Numbered from the stretch's first letter, positions 36,103 through 46,162 are shown. The stretch: 64,000 nt of DNA from Deltaproteobacteria bacterium (GCA_016177765.1 JACOUP010000008.1:641165-705164), one strand, 5' to 3'. Numbers and translations: made by a program. The notes: generated from the letters alone by a model not told the origin.

Positions 36103-36586
36103 GACCGGCAACGGCCATGTTCATGGCTGAGGCGACATCCGATTCGGGAAGCGGTTTTCCCAGGATCCCGGCCCGCCAACCATAGGTCGTCGTCACATTC
36201 AGATAACGATCTTTGACCGGCAGGATGATCATTCCGGAGGCGGCAACACTCAAGACGAGGGCACCTCCTGGAAATCCCTTGCCCAGTTTTGCCAATTCAA
36301 ACTTGAGAAGAAATCCCAACAGAAAGGTGAGATAATAACCGAACAGGATGAGCCCGACAATCCAGCCTGGGACGTTCATCGCCTCCACAAAATACATCCA
36401 CATCCAGTCGGGGGCGATCCGGTAACTCCAAAAGACGACAACGATGAAGAGAAAGAGAACCAGTGTCCCTGCGACGAAGGCGCGGGTGCGAAATAGCGGC
36501 CTCCCCTCCGGATTTTTCAGGGCAAACCCGTAAAGAAGACCAAGAAAAATGAGGAACGGCCAGTCAATGATAAATGTTGGAACCAC
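36050..36586 (-). CDS. Hypothetical membrane protein.
   Basis: 4-5 predicted TM helices. Confidence 0.45.
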   Translation of the reverse strand: MVPTFIIDWPFLIFLGLLYGFALKNPEGRPLFRTRAFVAGTLVLFLFIVVVFWSYRIAPDWMWMYFVEAMNVPGWIVGLILFGYYLTFLLGFLLKFELAKLGKGFPGGALVLSVAASGMIILPVKDRYLNVTTTYGWRAGILGKPLPESDVASAMNMAVAGLIVIGLLLFLWARREKT

Positions 36587-36593
36587 CCCCTTA

Positions 36594-37646
36594 TTAGATG
36601 AGGTTATTCTCCTTGTACCACCTTACTGTATCCTGGACAAGCCTTTTAGGATCCTGATACTGATACCGGTAGCCAAGGGCCTTGATCTTGTCGCAACTGT
36701 AACTGACGTCATGCCCGATATATTTGGCAGAATCTTTTTCGAAGAGCCTCCTGGCTTTTTTTGAAAAACCTTTGATCCACCAGTCATTCAAAGTAGCCAA
36801 AGCAGAAACGATCCCCCGCACAAGGCTGACCGGGACAGGTGGGATTTTAACCAACCGATGTCCCGCCGCCTCGGCAATCATCCGGGCCATCTCGATGGTC
36901 GGGAGGGCAAAATTGTCGGTGTTGTAGACCTCCCCTTTCGCTTCTTCCTTCTGGGAGACAAAAAAAGCGATCCCGCAGATGTCGCGAACCGAGGCGATCG
37001 GAACAAGGCTCGTGAAATTTCCGGGGATCATGACCTTCTTTGATTTGCCAAACTGGGTTACCAGCTGGGCCCCGCCATAAACCGCCCGTGGGCCGATCGG
37101 TGCCGCCGGTCGGATCATGGAGACAGAGATTCCCTTTGCCGCACAAAATTGACGGACGAACTCCTCTTGCTCCTTCTTGGACTGGAGATAAGGGTTCATC
37201 CCCTGAAGAGGAAAATTTTCACTGATCGGCAACTGATCCCGGGGCGGCAGGCCATAAAGGCCGGCGGCGCTCCAAAGCACCAATCTTTTCAGGCCCGGGG
37301 CCTCTTCAACAATCAGTTCACAGAGATTTTTTGTCCCTTGAACATTCACCTGATAGAGGAGTTCCCACGGTGCCGAATAACTGAAGACTGCGGCGATATG
37401 AAAGATAAAATCAACCCCATGAACCGCTGCCCGCAAGGACTCCTTGTTGGTGATATCGGCAGGGACAAATTCGACCCCCCACTTTTTAAAGAGACTCGGA
37501 TAGCGCCCGGTTTTCGGGTCATCCTGTTCGGAGCGAAACGGAAGATCGGTCGCCCGGACCTGATGTCCCGCTTCCTTCAAAATCTCGACCATGTGGGTCC
37601 CCATAAAACCGGCGGCACCGGTAACCAGCGAGAGGGGTGGGTTCAT
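36594..37646 (-). CDS. NAD-dependent epimerase/dehydratase, 3-beta-HSD-like short-chain dehydrogenase.
   Basis: VTGAAGFMGTHMV is the Rossmann motif, followed by a YxxxK region. Confidence 0.8.
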   Translation of the reverse strand: MNPPLSLVTGAAGFMGTHMVEILKEAGHQVRATDLPFRSEQDDPKTGRYPSLFKKWGVEFVPADITNKESLRAAVHGVDFIFHIAAVFSYSAPWELLYQVNVQGTKNLCELIVEEAPGLKRLVLWSAAGLYGLPPRDQLPISENFPLQGMNPYLQSKKEQEEFVRQFCAAKGISVSMIRPAAPIGPRAVYGGAQLVTQFGKSKKVMIPGNFTSLVPIASVRDICGIAFFVSQKEEAKGEVYNTDNFALPTIEMARMIAEAAGHRLVKIPPVPVSLVRGIVSALATLNDWWIKGFSKKARRLFEKDSAKYIGHDVSYSCDKIKALGYRYQYQDPKRLVQDTVRWYKENNLI

Positions 37647-37655
37647 AAACGTCTC

Positions 37656-38648
37656 CTAATGTTTAGCTAACCACTGACGGATGACGGGATAGACTTCCTG
37701 CGGGGCATACCGCCCCAGCAGAAGGTCGGCATGAGAGTACTCCGCCTTGCACCCGTAATCCCTGCCAAAGGTGACAAATTTTTTGTCCCTGGAGCGGATC
37801 TTGTCATAGGCATAGCGGCAGTCATGGACTGGCGTCAGGCCATCCGTAGAGCCGGCAAGGATCAGCGTTGGCGCGGTTATTTTTTTCAGGTGATCACGAT
37901 AACTGAACCGGTGGTCAACACTCCTGAAATGGTTGTGCTTGTACCAATCGTGGAGTTGCAGAACCAGCGCCGGAGGGGAGTTCTCCACACAATACTGGCA
38001 GGCCAGGGCCAGCGTCGTTTTTTCAATATTATCCAGGCAGAAATAAAAATTATCTTCAAAAGGGACGATATATTTCAAAAAGGGGGCGGCGGCCCTGGCA
38101 AACAACTTGTTGGGTAGCGTCACAACCAGGTGTTTCAGAACACAATCAAAGGCAAGGAGCAGTTTGACAAAACCAGGCTTAGCCTCGGCACTCATGGAAG
38201 AACCGACAATGATCAAACTTTGGCAAACGTCGTTGCCCAAGGTTTCTATCGCCGCATAGGCAACGGTTCCTCCCAGACTGTTCCCCAACCAGTGAAGTCT
38301 CTTTTGTCCAGTCGCCTTCTGGATGAAAGAAACAACCGCGGGGAGGTCTTTGAAAACATAATCATCAAAGTTCCAGTTGGCAAAATAGGCCAGGGGTCCC
38401 TGCTTGGCACTCCCACCGGTGCCACGGAGTTCCATCACCCAAACATCATAGCCGACCGCGTGTAGCTGCTTGGCAATGGAAAGACGCGGTTCCACGAAAT
38501 CGAGCGAGTACCGGTTCGTCCCGATGCCATGAATGGCCAAAATGGGGAACTTTTTCGATGACCTTCCGCGATACCGATACAACGCCAGATTCCAATCATC
38601 GGATGTCTTGACGTGATAGATTTCCGGCTGGAGATCCCGAACAGACAT
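37656..38648 (-). CDS. Alpha/beta-fold hydrolase, lipase/esterase-like.
   Basis: ILAIHGIGTN ... the GNSLGG nucleophile elbow. Confidence 0.7.
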   Translation of the reverse strand: MSVRDLQPEIYHVKTSDDWNLALYRYRGRSSKKFPILAIHGIGTNRYSLDFVEPRLSIAKQLHAVGYDVWVMELRGTGGSAKQGPLAYFANWNFDDYVFKDLPAVVSFIQKATGQKRLHWLGNSLGGTVAYAAIETLGNDVCQSLIIVGSSMSAEAKPGFVKLLLAFDCVLKHLVVTLPNKLFARAAAPFLKYIVPFEDNFYFCLDNIEKTTLALACQYCVENSPPALVLQLHDWYKHNHFRSVDHRFSYRDHLKKITAPTLILAGSTDGLTPVHDCRYAYDKIRSRDKKFVTFGRDYGCKAEYSHADLLLGRYAPQEVYPVIRQWLAKH

Positions 38649-38691
38649 TCGGGTCTTTTCTGTCAGACAATCAGGCGATTGTCAAATTTTG

Positions 38692-39501
38692 CTAGAACCC
38701 TTTGACCTTGCCGGCCCTCTTGTAGAGATGGGTCAGGATGAACCAGCCAACAAGCATCACCCCGAGCAGGTAAAACCAACAGCCGGAGGTCCAGGTGGTG
38801 TGCTGGTTGAGCATCGCCCAAACGAGCGGGATGGAAAGATAGGTGTTCTGCTTGGAACGAAGGCCAGCCATGGCAACAAGGGCAGCATCCGGGGCCTGAC
38901 CGCTTTTCACGGCAGTAATAATCTTTTGCTGCGCCGGCCAGATCCGGAACCAGACGTTGAAGGCCATAATTGTTCCAAACATCGACCCGACATGAATGGT
39001 ATAACCTCGGAATCCAAAACCGGCCCAGGAGTCCATCAGGTAGAGAACAACGCCGGTCAAGAGAACCGCCGCCACTGTTGTCATCTTCATATTTTTGCCA
39101 AGCGGGCTTTTAACGAGGGCTTCGTAAATAAACGGACTAAGGAAAGTCACCGCTATCATGACGAAGGCTGGAAGGCCCCAACCGGTACCGGCATCCTTGA
39201 ACAACGCCCCCCCATGGTAGAAGACGACCATCAAAAGGAGAACACCGGTGCCCCAGGTCCAGGCGGCCCCCCAGCGGAACCAAAAGAGGGCCCGTGGCAT
39301 TAGCTCCGGAACTACCTTTTTCTTGGTCTCCCCATCCATCGTCCCAGCGAACGGGCCGTTCACGAAATTAAAGAAATAGAGATGACCAATCCAGATAATA
39401 CCGGCCACCACGTGAAACCACCGAAATATTGATTGGATGATATCCATTGCCATGGCAACACCCCCATTTGTTAGGATCCGGCCTCTGATCTGCCAGATCA
39501 A
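38692..39501 (-). CDS. Hypothetical polytopic membrane protein.
   Basis: 6-7 TM helices with conserved His in TM1 (HVVAGIIWIGHLYFF). Confidence 0.45.
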   Translation of the reverse strand: MIWQIRGRILTNGGVAMAMDIIQSIFRWFHVVAGIIWIGHLYFFNFVNGPFAGTMDGETKKKVVPELMPRALFWFRWGAAWTWGTGVLLLMVVFYHGGALFKDAGTGWGLPAFVMIAVTFLSPFIYEALVKSPLGKNMKMTTVAAVLLTGVVLYLMDSWAGFGFRGYTIHVGSMFGTIMAFNVWFRIWPAQQKIITAVKSGQAPDAALVAMAGLRSKQNTYLSIPLVWAMLNQHTTWTSGCWFYLLGVMLVGWFILTHLYKRAGKVKGF

Positions 39502-39648
39502 CCCGACCGTGTCAATAAAAACAAACTGACTTTGTCAGACATACCTCTCAAAATGAACATGCTCCTTGGCAAAACCGATCTCGACCGCTGTTTTTTTCGA
39601 TAAAATACACCTCGACAACAATTTCTGATATAGGTATATTCAACCAAT

Positions 39649-39939
39649 ATGAAGGCCGTCCTGGTCTATTGGCACAAAGCGAGACTTCACGGCCGGTATG
39701 TGCTTGAAATGGAGATTCACAGTGTTGGTCGTTCGGTAAAATACCCGGATGGCGTCAAGTACGGGCTTATTTTAACCGACTTACGTAGCGGCAAAAGGGT
39801 CCTGATGGATAATCATCACCCAAAAGGCCCTCATATTCATTTGAATGGTCAAGAAATACCTTATCAATACAGTGATGAGGAAAAATTGATTCAAGATTTC
39901 AAGGCTTTGGTATTGGAAAACATGGGGGTGAAGATATGA
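39649..39939 (+). CDS. Small uncharacterised protein of 96 aa, the first gene of a low-GC two-gene cassette.
   Basis: ATG 39649. Its stop overlaps the next ATG (ATGA). GC is about 42% against a higher-GC background. Confidence 0.55.
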   Translation: MKAVLVYWHKARLHGRYVLEMEIHSVGRSVKYPDGVKYGLILTDLRSGKRVLMDNHHPKGPHIHLNGQEIPYQYSDEEKLIQDFKALVLENMGVKI

Positions 39940-40301
39940 AACATCTCATCGTATCACTGAAAACCGCTGATGAGGTCTTGGATGATTTCAAAAAGGCGTT
40001 TCGTAAAGCAAAGAAGGGAAGTTTTAAACAACCTCATTATGAAATCAGCTTTGACAACAAAAACGACTTTGATCGCTTTGCCAGAAACTTGCACGTGCTG
40101 AAGTACATTCTTATCTTCAAACCAAAATCGATTTACGAACTAGCAAAGATTACAAGGATGGATGTTTCGAACTTGAATAAGATCATCCTCTTCTTTGAAA
40201 AAGCTGGTGCCCTCAGCGTCAAAACGTCCAAAGTTTCTGGACGGACAGTAAAAAGACCAGTTGTCGAATACGACACGGTCAAATTTAACCTGGCCGCGTG
40301 A
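39936..40301 (+). CDS. Small winged-HTH DNA-binding protein of 121 aa.
   Basis: IYELAKITRMDVSNLNKIILFFEKAGAL is an HTH-like segment. The gene is coupled to the upstream gene. Confidence 0.55.
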   Translation: MKHLIVSLKTADEVLDDFKKAFRKAKKGSFKQPHYEISFDNKNDFDRFARNLHVLKYILIFKPKSIYELAKITRMDVSNLNKIILFFEKAGALSVKTSKVSGRTVKRPVVEYDTVKFNLAA

Positions 40302-40340
40302 ATGTAGCTGGGGAATGATAAACCTCAATTCCGCACCTCT

Positions 40341-40450
40341 TTCCCCTCCCCCTTGATGGGGGAGGGTGAGGGAGAGGGTGATAAGAAAAATAGAGTGAAA
40401 GAATCTTCCGGGACCACCCTCCCTTTCATTCCCTCCCGTCAAGGGAGGGA
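40341..40450. repeat. Intergenic C-tract/G-tract hairpin element, copy A.
   Basis: cccctccccc-ttgat-gggggaggg and ccctccc-gtcaa-gggaggg hairpins, with the flanking G-tract run gggggagggtgagggagaggg. Confidence 0.7.
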
Positions 40451-40507
40451 AAATTTTAAGGGAATTTCAACTGGAATTAAGGATAAAAAGGAAGTTATAT
40501 GCCCCAA

Positions 40508-41098
40508 TTATTCTAAAGGTCTTGTTTCTGAGTTCAAAGCTGACTGAGCTGCGGCAGTTTTGGACGTTATGAATTTTGCACCAAAATATATCGAAGATAG
40601 ATACGTCATAACAGTGACAACAACCAATCCCCAATAGAGTGTTGTGTTCAGTATTACATTCGACTTCTTTTTGAAAGCCTTAGCAATATTGGTTTTTGTA
40701 TCAACTAAATATTTCAATTGAGAATCTATTTTGTAAAAATAGTCTCCCTTTTGATCAGTGCTCATTCCGCTGAGGCTAGGGTTATTTTGGTTATCGAACA
40801 AGAGTCTTTCAAATCTCAGATTTTCCTCAATATACCAATTGTAAAATTCAGTAAGCTTGGCATCAATCACCGTTGTTCTCCATAAATATAGTAGACTAAA
40901 CATGAAACAGATGCCAAAGCCCCACCATACAAACTCGAGCAGAGAACTCACTCCAGCAAGGTGTCCAAGGAGCGATTGGGTAAATAGGAAACCTAGAACG
41001 GTCGCATCAAGTCCTGAAAGAAAATATACCAGTTTATATGAATTACTCAGTACGTTTGACTGTTTACTGATGATAGCATCATACGAGATGGCAAGCAT
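40508..41098 (-). CDS. Low-GC hypothetical 3-TM membrane protein.
   Basis: GC is about 35%. It has two N-terminal TM helices, a soluble middle and a C-terminal TM helix. It is convergent with the two-gene cassette. Confidence 0.45.
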   Translation of the reverse strand: MLAISYDAIISKQSNVLSNSYKLVYFLSGLDATVLGFLFTQSLLGHLAGVSSLLEFVWWGFGICFMFSLLYLWRTTVIDAKLTEFYNWYIEENLRFERLLFDNQNNPSLSGMSTDQKGDYFYKIDSQLKYLVDTKTNIAKAFKKKSNVILNTTLYWGLVVVTVMTYLSSIYFGAKFITSKTAAAQSALNSETRPLE

Positions 41099-41136
41099 AA
41101 TTAGGTTGTTCTATCTACTGCTGTTGCGTTTCCAGT

Positions 41137-41856
41137 CTAAACATACTTCTCAAAATGGACATGCCCTTTGTCAAAGCCGATCTCTGCGGCTGCTTTTTCG
41201 ACAGCCGTGATCATCGGGATAAGGCCACAGACGTAGATCTGTTTTCCTTCCGGTCTGACCCTCCTTTTCAAAACATCTTGCACATAACCAACCTCCCCGG
41301 CCCACCCCGACGGCCCCTGTTTTTGGGGCCGTGAAACGACAGGAATATAGCAAAAATTCTTGTGAAACGCTGAAAGTTTCCGCCATTCCTCATCGTAGAG
41401 AATTTCATTTTCGTAACGAACGCCAAAAATAAGAGTGATCTCTCTCTGACATTTTTTATGGAAAAGTTCCAGGATCATGCTCCGGAGTGGGGCCAGTCCA
41501 GTCCCGGTCGCGATGAAAATCGGATTATAATCGACCGGCTCTTTTATCACAAACCCGCCGTAAGGAAAGGTGATCACCACCTTATCCCCTTTCTTTAAAC
41601 TCCAGAACCAGTTTGTCGCGGCCCCCCCTTCGACCCGTTTAATGCAGAGATCAATGGTTCCCGTTTCATAGGGGGCTGAGGCGATCGAATACGGTTTGCG
41701 GAGGATTTTTCCCGGTTGAGGGATATGGATGGAACAGAACTGCCCTCCCTTGAAGGACACCCACTTCCCCTCCGGACAGTGGAGATGGAAGGTCCGGACG
41801 GTGGGCGTCAGCTCAACCACCTTTTCCAACCGGGTTGTGATCGGCTCGAGGGGCAT
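41137..41856 (-). CDS. Ferredoxin-NADP reductase-like FAD/NAD(P)-binding oxidoreductase.
   Basis: RKPYSIAS is the RxYS FAD motif and GTGLAP the NAD(P) motif. Start re-derived at MPLEP. Confidence 0.75.
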   Translation of the reverse strand: MPLEPITTRLEKVVELTPTVRTFHLHCPEGKWVSFKGGQFCSIHIPQPGKILRKPYSIASAPYETGTIDLCIKRVEGGAATNWFWSLKKGDKVVITFPYGGFVIKEPVDYNPIFIATGTGLAPLRSMILELFHKKCQREITLIFGVRYENEILYDEEWRKLSAFHKNFCYIPVVSRPQKQGPSGWAGEVGYVQDVLKRRVRPEGKQIYVCGLIPMITAVEKAAAEIGFDKGHVHFEKYV

Positions 41857-41860
41857 CCTT

Positions 41861-42061
41861 CTATAAAGGTGTTTTGATCCCGATCGCTCGAAGGGCACAC
41901 CACCCTTTTTTCCCCTCGTAGATCATAAAGGCCCCAAGGCCGATCATCGTCAAACCCACCGGAGGGATCAAAAGAAGCGGCAGACCCAAACCGGCCAGCA
42001 CCGAACCGGCGATGATCCGCACCTTCTTCCCTTTTTGATCAATATTGCAAGTCTGTTTCAT
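41861..42061 (-). CDS. Small membrane protein, DUF2892/YgaP-like.
   Basis: IDQKGKKVRIIAGSVLAGLGL followed by a second TM helix. Start re-derived at MKQTCN. Confidence 0.4.
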   Translation of the reverse strand: MKQTCNIDQKGKKVRIIAGSVLAGLGLPLLLIPPVGLTMIGLGAFMIYEGKKGWCALRAIGIKTPL

Positions 42062-42087
42062 CCATGCGACGCTAACACCAGATTCAA

Positions 42088-43035
42088 ATGCGAGTAAATA
42101 CAAAAATAATTAAAGAAAGGGCCCACGAAGTGGGCTTTGAACTGGTTGGCATCGTCCCAGTGAAGCCGGTCCCCGATATCACCTTTTTTCAGAACTGGCT
42201 TTCCCGCGGCTACCACGGAACGATGACTTATTTGGAAAAGGGAATGGAAAAAAGGGCCGATCCCGAAAAAATCCTGCCAGGCGTCCGGTCGGTCATCTGC
42301 TGTGGGATGAATTACCATACCGGTCAGCAACGTTCCATTGATCAAAAATCCCCCGACAGGGGGTGGATTTCGGCCTACGCCTGGGGGGAAGATTATCACG
42401 AGCTCGTCGGCGACAAGCTCCAGAAGTTAGAGAAATTCATCCATCAGGAAGCGGGCCCCACGGTCAAAACTAAAAGTTATACCGATACCGGGGCGATCCT
42501 CGAACGAAGTTATGCCGCCCGTGCCGGTCTCGGCTGGATCGGAAAGAATAGTTGCCTCATCAATAACGGGATCGGTTCTTTTTTCTTTTTGGGGGAAATC
42601 CTGACAACACTCGAACTCGACTACGACAAACCAACCTTTGACCAGTGCGGAAGTTGCAACAAGTGCCTCGATGCCTGCCCGACCGGGGCGCTGGTGGAAC
42701 CGTATCTGCTCGATGCCCGTCGCTGTATCGCCTACCTGACCGTCGAGTATCGCGGAGAATTGGGGGAGTTTGCTGATAAGCTGGAAGGAAATGTCGCCGG
42801 TTGTGATATCTGTCAGGAGGTCTGCCCCTACAATGAAAAAATTCCGGTCACCGCCGAAAAACGGTTCTACCCCAGAGAAGGGCTAGTCGCCCCGCATCTT
42901 GAAACACTGATCGGCTCTCAAAGTCCGGTGCCACGGATTAAACAGAAAGAGTGGGAGAGAAATCTCAAGGTTGTAGATAGCCATTTTCCAAAAACCAGCG
43001 GTAAGCCTCTTCAATCGTCTTCCGGAACGGGGTGA
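42088..43035 (+). CDS. queG: Epoxyqueuosine reductase QueG.
   Basis: The N-terminus ELGFDLVGI..., two ferredoxin-type clusters CGSCNKCLDACP and CDICQEVCP. Confidence 0.8.
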   Translation: MRVNTKIIKERAHEVGFELVGIVPVKPVPDITFFQNWLSRGYHGTMTYLEKGMEKRADPEKILPGVRSVICCGMNYHTGQQRSIDQKSPDRGWISAYAWGEDYHELVGDKLQKLEKFIHQEAGPTVKTKSYTDTGAILERSYAARAGLGWIGKNSCLINNGIGSFFFLGEILTTLELDYDKPTFDQCGSCNKCLDACPTGALVEPYLLDARRCIAYLTVEYRGELGEFADKLEGNVAGCDICQEVCPYNEKIPVTAEKRFYPREGLVAPHLETLIGSQSPVPRIKQKEWERNLKVVDSHFPKTSGKPLQSSSGTG

Positions 43036-43951
43036 TCGTATACCCCAGTTCCCGGATCGCCTTTTCGGATGAAAAATAAAAACAGTGGCCGAGGTAATGG
43101 GCCGTTTCAGTGGTGATCGAAGGCCTTTTTTTGGTGAAAAGGGCAATCCCTTCCAAGAGCCGGGCCATCCCTTTATACAAAGGAGTTGGGAGTTGAAAGG
43201 AAGGGGGCCTTGCCCCGACCAGATCAGCCACCACCGTCATGATTTCCTTCCAGGTAAAATTCTCCCCACCCAAGATGTACCGCTCCCCAACCTTTCCCTT
43301 CTTCCAGGCCAAGAGGTGCCCCCGTGCCACATCCCTCACATCACAGGTGCAACAACCCCCAGGGACATAAAAGGGGACCCGTCCTTTTTTTATACTGAGT
43401 ATCAGCCGGCCAGAATGGGCATGGATCTCCCCGGGACCGAAAATCGTGGCCGGGTTCACGACCACCGCACTCAACCCCTGGGCCACTCCTTTCTCTACCT
43501 CTTTTTCCGCGAGGTATTTACTATTGTTGTAGTTGATCCGGTACGGCCACCAATCGAACGGGAGCGTTTCGTCACCGAGTGCCCCATCGGGAACACGCCC
43601 CAAGGCCGCAATGGAACTGGTATGGATAAGTCTCCCAACGCCGTTCTCAAGAGAGGCCTCGACAATATTCCGGGTTCCCTCAACATTAACCTGTGTCTGG
43701 ATCTCTTTCTCGCCGCGCCAAAAGGAAATGTAGCCGGCAACATGAAAAACTATCTCCATCCCGCGGACCGCCTCAAAAACCGATTTCCGGTCGGTCACGT
43801 CCCCGATGAATTCCTCGACCTTCATCCCTTCCAGAAGCCTTCGGGGAGAACTCTTGCGGAGGAGGACTTTTACCCGATGCCCCTCTTCAAGAAGGAGACG
43901 GACAACATGGGCCCCCAGGAAACCGGTCCCCCCTGTCACAAGGATCTTCAT
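42965..43951 (-). CDS. NAD-dependent epimerase/dehydratase (short-chain dehydrogenase), HpnA/DFR-like.
   Basis: MKILVTGGTGFLGAHVV is the Rossmann motif. Confidence 0.8.
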   Translation of the reverse strand: MKILVTGGTGFLGAHVVRLLLEEGHRVKVLLRKSSPRRLLEGMKVEEFIGDVTDRKSVFEAVRGMEIVFHVAGYISFWRGEKEIQTQVNVEGTRNIVEASLENGVGRLIHTSSIAALGRVPDGALGDETLPFDWWPYRINYNNSKYLAEKEVEKGVAQGLSAVVVNPATIFGPGEIHAHSGRLILSIKKGRVPFYVPGGCCTCDVRDVARGHLLAWKKGKVGERYILGGENFTWKEIMTVVADLVGARPPSFQLPTPLYKGMARLLEGIALFTKKRPSITTETAHYLGHCFYFSSEKAIRELGYTITPFRKTIEEAYRWFLENGYLQP

Positions 43952-44022
43952 GCCCCAGGGGATACTCGGAATACCTGGTTCTTGACAAGGGCTTAAAAGT
44001 CTGACTAAATTAGTACTAGATC

Positions 44023-44412
44023 ATGGAACCAACCGCAGATACCGCCTTATCAACACCCAGCCCGAATCAGCCGGCTTTTGGGAGTGAGGTCCTGCAACTG
44101 ACCCAGAAGGCGATCGAGAAGGTCAAATATTTCGCCTCTCAGGATCCGGAGGCCGGCAAGAAGGGGTTTCGGGTTTATGTGCAGGGGGGGGGTTGTTCCG
44201 GTTTTCAGTACGGCTTTAACTTTGACGAAAGGCGCGACGGGGACACCGTGGTCACTGCCAGCGATATCGAGGTCCTCGTTGACCCGACAAGCCTCCCTTA
44301 CCTCAAAGGGTCGACCGTCGATTTTATGGATGACTTTCGCGGCTCCGGATTCAACGTCACCAACCCGAACGCCAAGGCCTCCTGCGGTTGCGGCACTTCG
44401 TTTACTGTTTAA
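44023..44412 (+). CDS. erpA: Fe-S cluster insertion protein, ErpA/IscA/SufA family.
   Basis: GGGCSGFQY ... NPNA..SCGCGTSF is the A-type carrier signature. Confidence 0.85.
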   Translation: MEPTADTALSTPSPNQPAFGSEVLQLTQKAIEKVKYFASQDPEAGKKGFRVYVQGGGCSGFQYGFNFDERRDGDTVVTASDIEVLVDPTSLPYLKGSTVDFMDDFRGSGFNVTNPNAKASCGCGTSFTV

Positions 44413-44477
44413 AAATACTAATATTTGTTTTGAGAAATGGCGTTGCATGCTGGATGGGATACCGGTAATGAGAAGGC

Positions 44478-45299
44478 ATGTCTTTGGTTTCAGAAAAATC
44501 TGATGATTTCGGTCCTCAACTAAAAGCCCTGATTCAAAATCTTCGGACCATCGATGCTTCGTCAGGTCCCATCGACTGTTCTTTCTTGGATTGGGTGACT
44601 CCTTTAGCCTTGCTTCCTTTGGCGGCTCATATTCATGCAAAGAAAAAACTGGTTTCGGGTTTGGGAAGTTATTTACAAACTGTTCGATTTCCTGATGGTG
44701 CGGATCAAATCGGCGGATTTCAAACGGGGCAAACCTATTTGCCGATTGCCCGTTTCGCTACAAAATCAATTCCACACTTGGAACAATTCACCAATCACTT
44801 TGCCCAACTTGTTTTGCAAAGTTTAGGATCGGCGGGGGAACATCTCCGCAATGCTTGGTTTTACGCAATTGCAGAGTTGGTGACCAACATCGCTGAACAT
44901 TCCCAGAGTTCGTTAGGATGGCTACACGCACAATACTGGCCCGCCAAAGGTTTCTTGGATGTCGTGGTGTTGGACCAAGGAAGGGGTTTTCGAAAAACGT
45001 ATGAGGAGGCCCACGGCAAAACATACACCCATCAAGAGGCAATTCGACGAGCCTTGGAAGGACACTCTGTCAAAGACGATGTGGAGCGGGGCAAAGGATT
45101 ACGGACCACAAAGGCCCTTGTGACACAATCCCCTATCAATGGTAAATTCCTCATAATATCAGGCAATTTTGGTTATTATGCTGACCCGCAAAAGCAAACA
45201 TGGTTAAATTTGGGTGCTTGGCAATGGGATGGTGCTATAATAGCGTTCAGGATCAACCGGGTCAGCAAGCCCGTGGATATTTACCCCTATGTTGAATAG
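44478..45299 (+). CDS. GHKL (HATPase_c)-type ATP-binding protein, RsbW-like.
   Basis: ELVTNIAEHS (N-box), DQGRGF (G1) and GKGL (G2) are present. Low GC, about 43%. Confidence 0.55.
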   Translation: MSLVSEKSDDFGPQLKALIQNLRTIDASSGPIDCSFLDWVTPLALLPLAAHIHAKKKLVSGLGSYLQTVRFPDGADQIGGFQTGQTYLPIARFATKSIPHLEQFTNHFAQLVLQSLGSAGEHLRNAWFYAIAELVTNIAEHSQSSLGWLHAQYWPAKGFLDVVVLDQGRGFRKTYEEAHGKTYTHQEAIRRALEGHSVKDDVERGKGLRTTKALVTQSPINGKFLIISGNFGYYADPQKQTWLNLGAWQWDGAIIAFRINRVSKPVDIYPYVE

Positions 45300-45627
45300 A
45301 AATTCAAAACCGAAGAGCGTTGCCGTCAAAGAATTATTTGGCACAACGGTCAGTACGCGCCAGGCGGTGCAGGAGTTTGCAAAATACGTTCCCTCCAAAA
45401 CTTCCAAAGTAGTGATTGATTTTGACGAAGTGGAATTTGTCTCACGTTCTTTTGCCCATGAGTTTCTGCGGTTCCAAAAAACCCATCCGGCGGTTGAAAT
45501 TCAGAACTGTTCAAAAGACGTGAAAAAGATGTTCGACACTGTTCGCCGGTCCAGTTCTTCCGCGTATTCGGACGAGGACATCACCGATTCGTCTATCAAC
45601 TTGGCGGATTTATCGCTACACTTCTAG
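45289..45627 (+). CDS. DUF4325 (STAS-like) protein.
   Basis: VVIDFDEVEFVSRSFAHEFL matches the DUF4325 core. It overlaps the GHKL gene by 11 nt. Confidence 0.5.
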   Translation: MLNRNSKPKSVAVKELFGTTVSTRQAVQEFAKYVPSKTSKVVIDFDEVEFVSRSFAHEFLRFQKTHPAVEIQNCSKDVKKMFDTVRRSSSSAYSDEDITDSSINLADLSLHF

Positions 45628-46162
45628 GACCAGAGACCCGCTAACCAGTTTTGGAGTATTATGACAACGGATAGCTCAATTTTGGGTTCACCGATGGGTG
45701 TGCAGGTTTTTCCCTCACAATAACCTTGAATCGCCCTTTGCAGACGTGCTCTTGCTTCTTCGGGAGTTTTTCCATAACCACGTTTCCGTACTGTAACATC
45801 CGCTGTGTGGGGGCTATTTCCCTGTGGGAAAGCCAAACTGGCTGGCCTTATACTGTTCCGCCACCTCTGACTTTGGGTCAGTAACCGGAACCGATTCACC
45901 GCTGATTTCGTCACCCGCTTGAAACTGGAACTTTTCTTGAGTCACATCACCGATCGCTACGGAGAAATACCTTTCTTCGCCGCCGATCTGGCCTTGGAGA
46001 TAAAGCACATATCCCAAATAGCTGTGACTTCTCTGGTCGAACGAACGGAGGAGTTTTATGCGTGGTTGAATCGCAGCGAGAATACCAGTCCAAGAAATTT
46101 TAGAGGATTCGCTCACGAGGACTCCAAAAGTTGGACTAGTTGCCTGAAATTTGCTTGAAACA

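Noticed and set aside
37656-38648. Whether the alpha/beta hydrolase is a PHA synthase or depolymerase linked to the phaR locus
   Set aside because: The nucleophile elbow is GNSLGG (Ser, lipase-type), not the PhaC Cys box, and the gene is 34 kb from phaR. The evidence is insufficient.
40353-40547. ORF translating as MMGEGEGEGDKK..., with a similar one at 56067..56447
   Set aside because: Both are translations of the GC-hairpin/G-tract intergenic element. The 56067..56447 frame also runs antisense into the 3' end of the glycosyltransferase gene. Neither has an RBS or codon-usage support.
45630-46160. Short overlapping ORFs (45624..45914-, 45814..46230-, 45919..46158+) that might be a HicB-like antitoxin or a gene remnant
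   Set aside because: A fragment ...RGYGKTPEEARARLQRAI... weakly resembles UPF0150/HicB, but the frames conflict and no complete domain is recoverable. I left this as a possible decayed remnant in the islet finding rather than as a feature.
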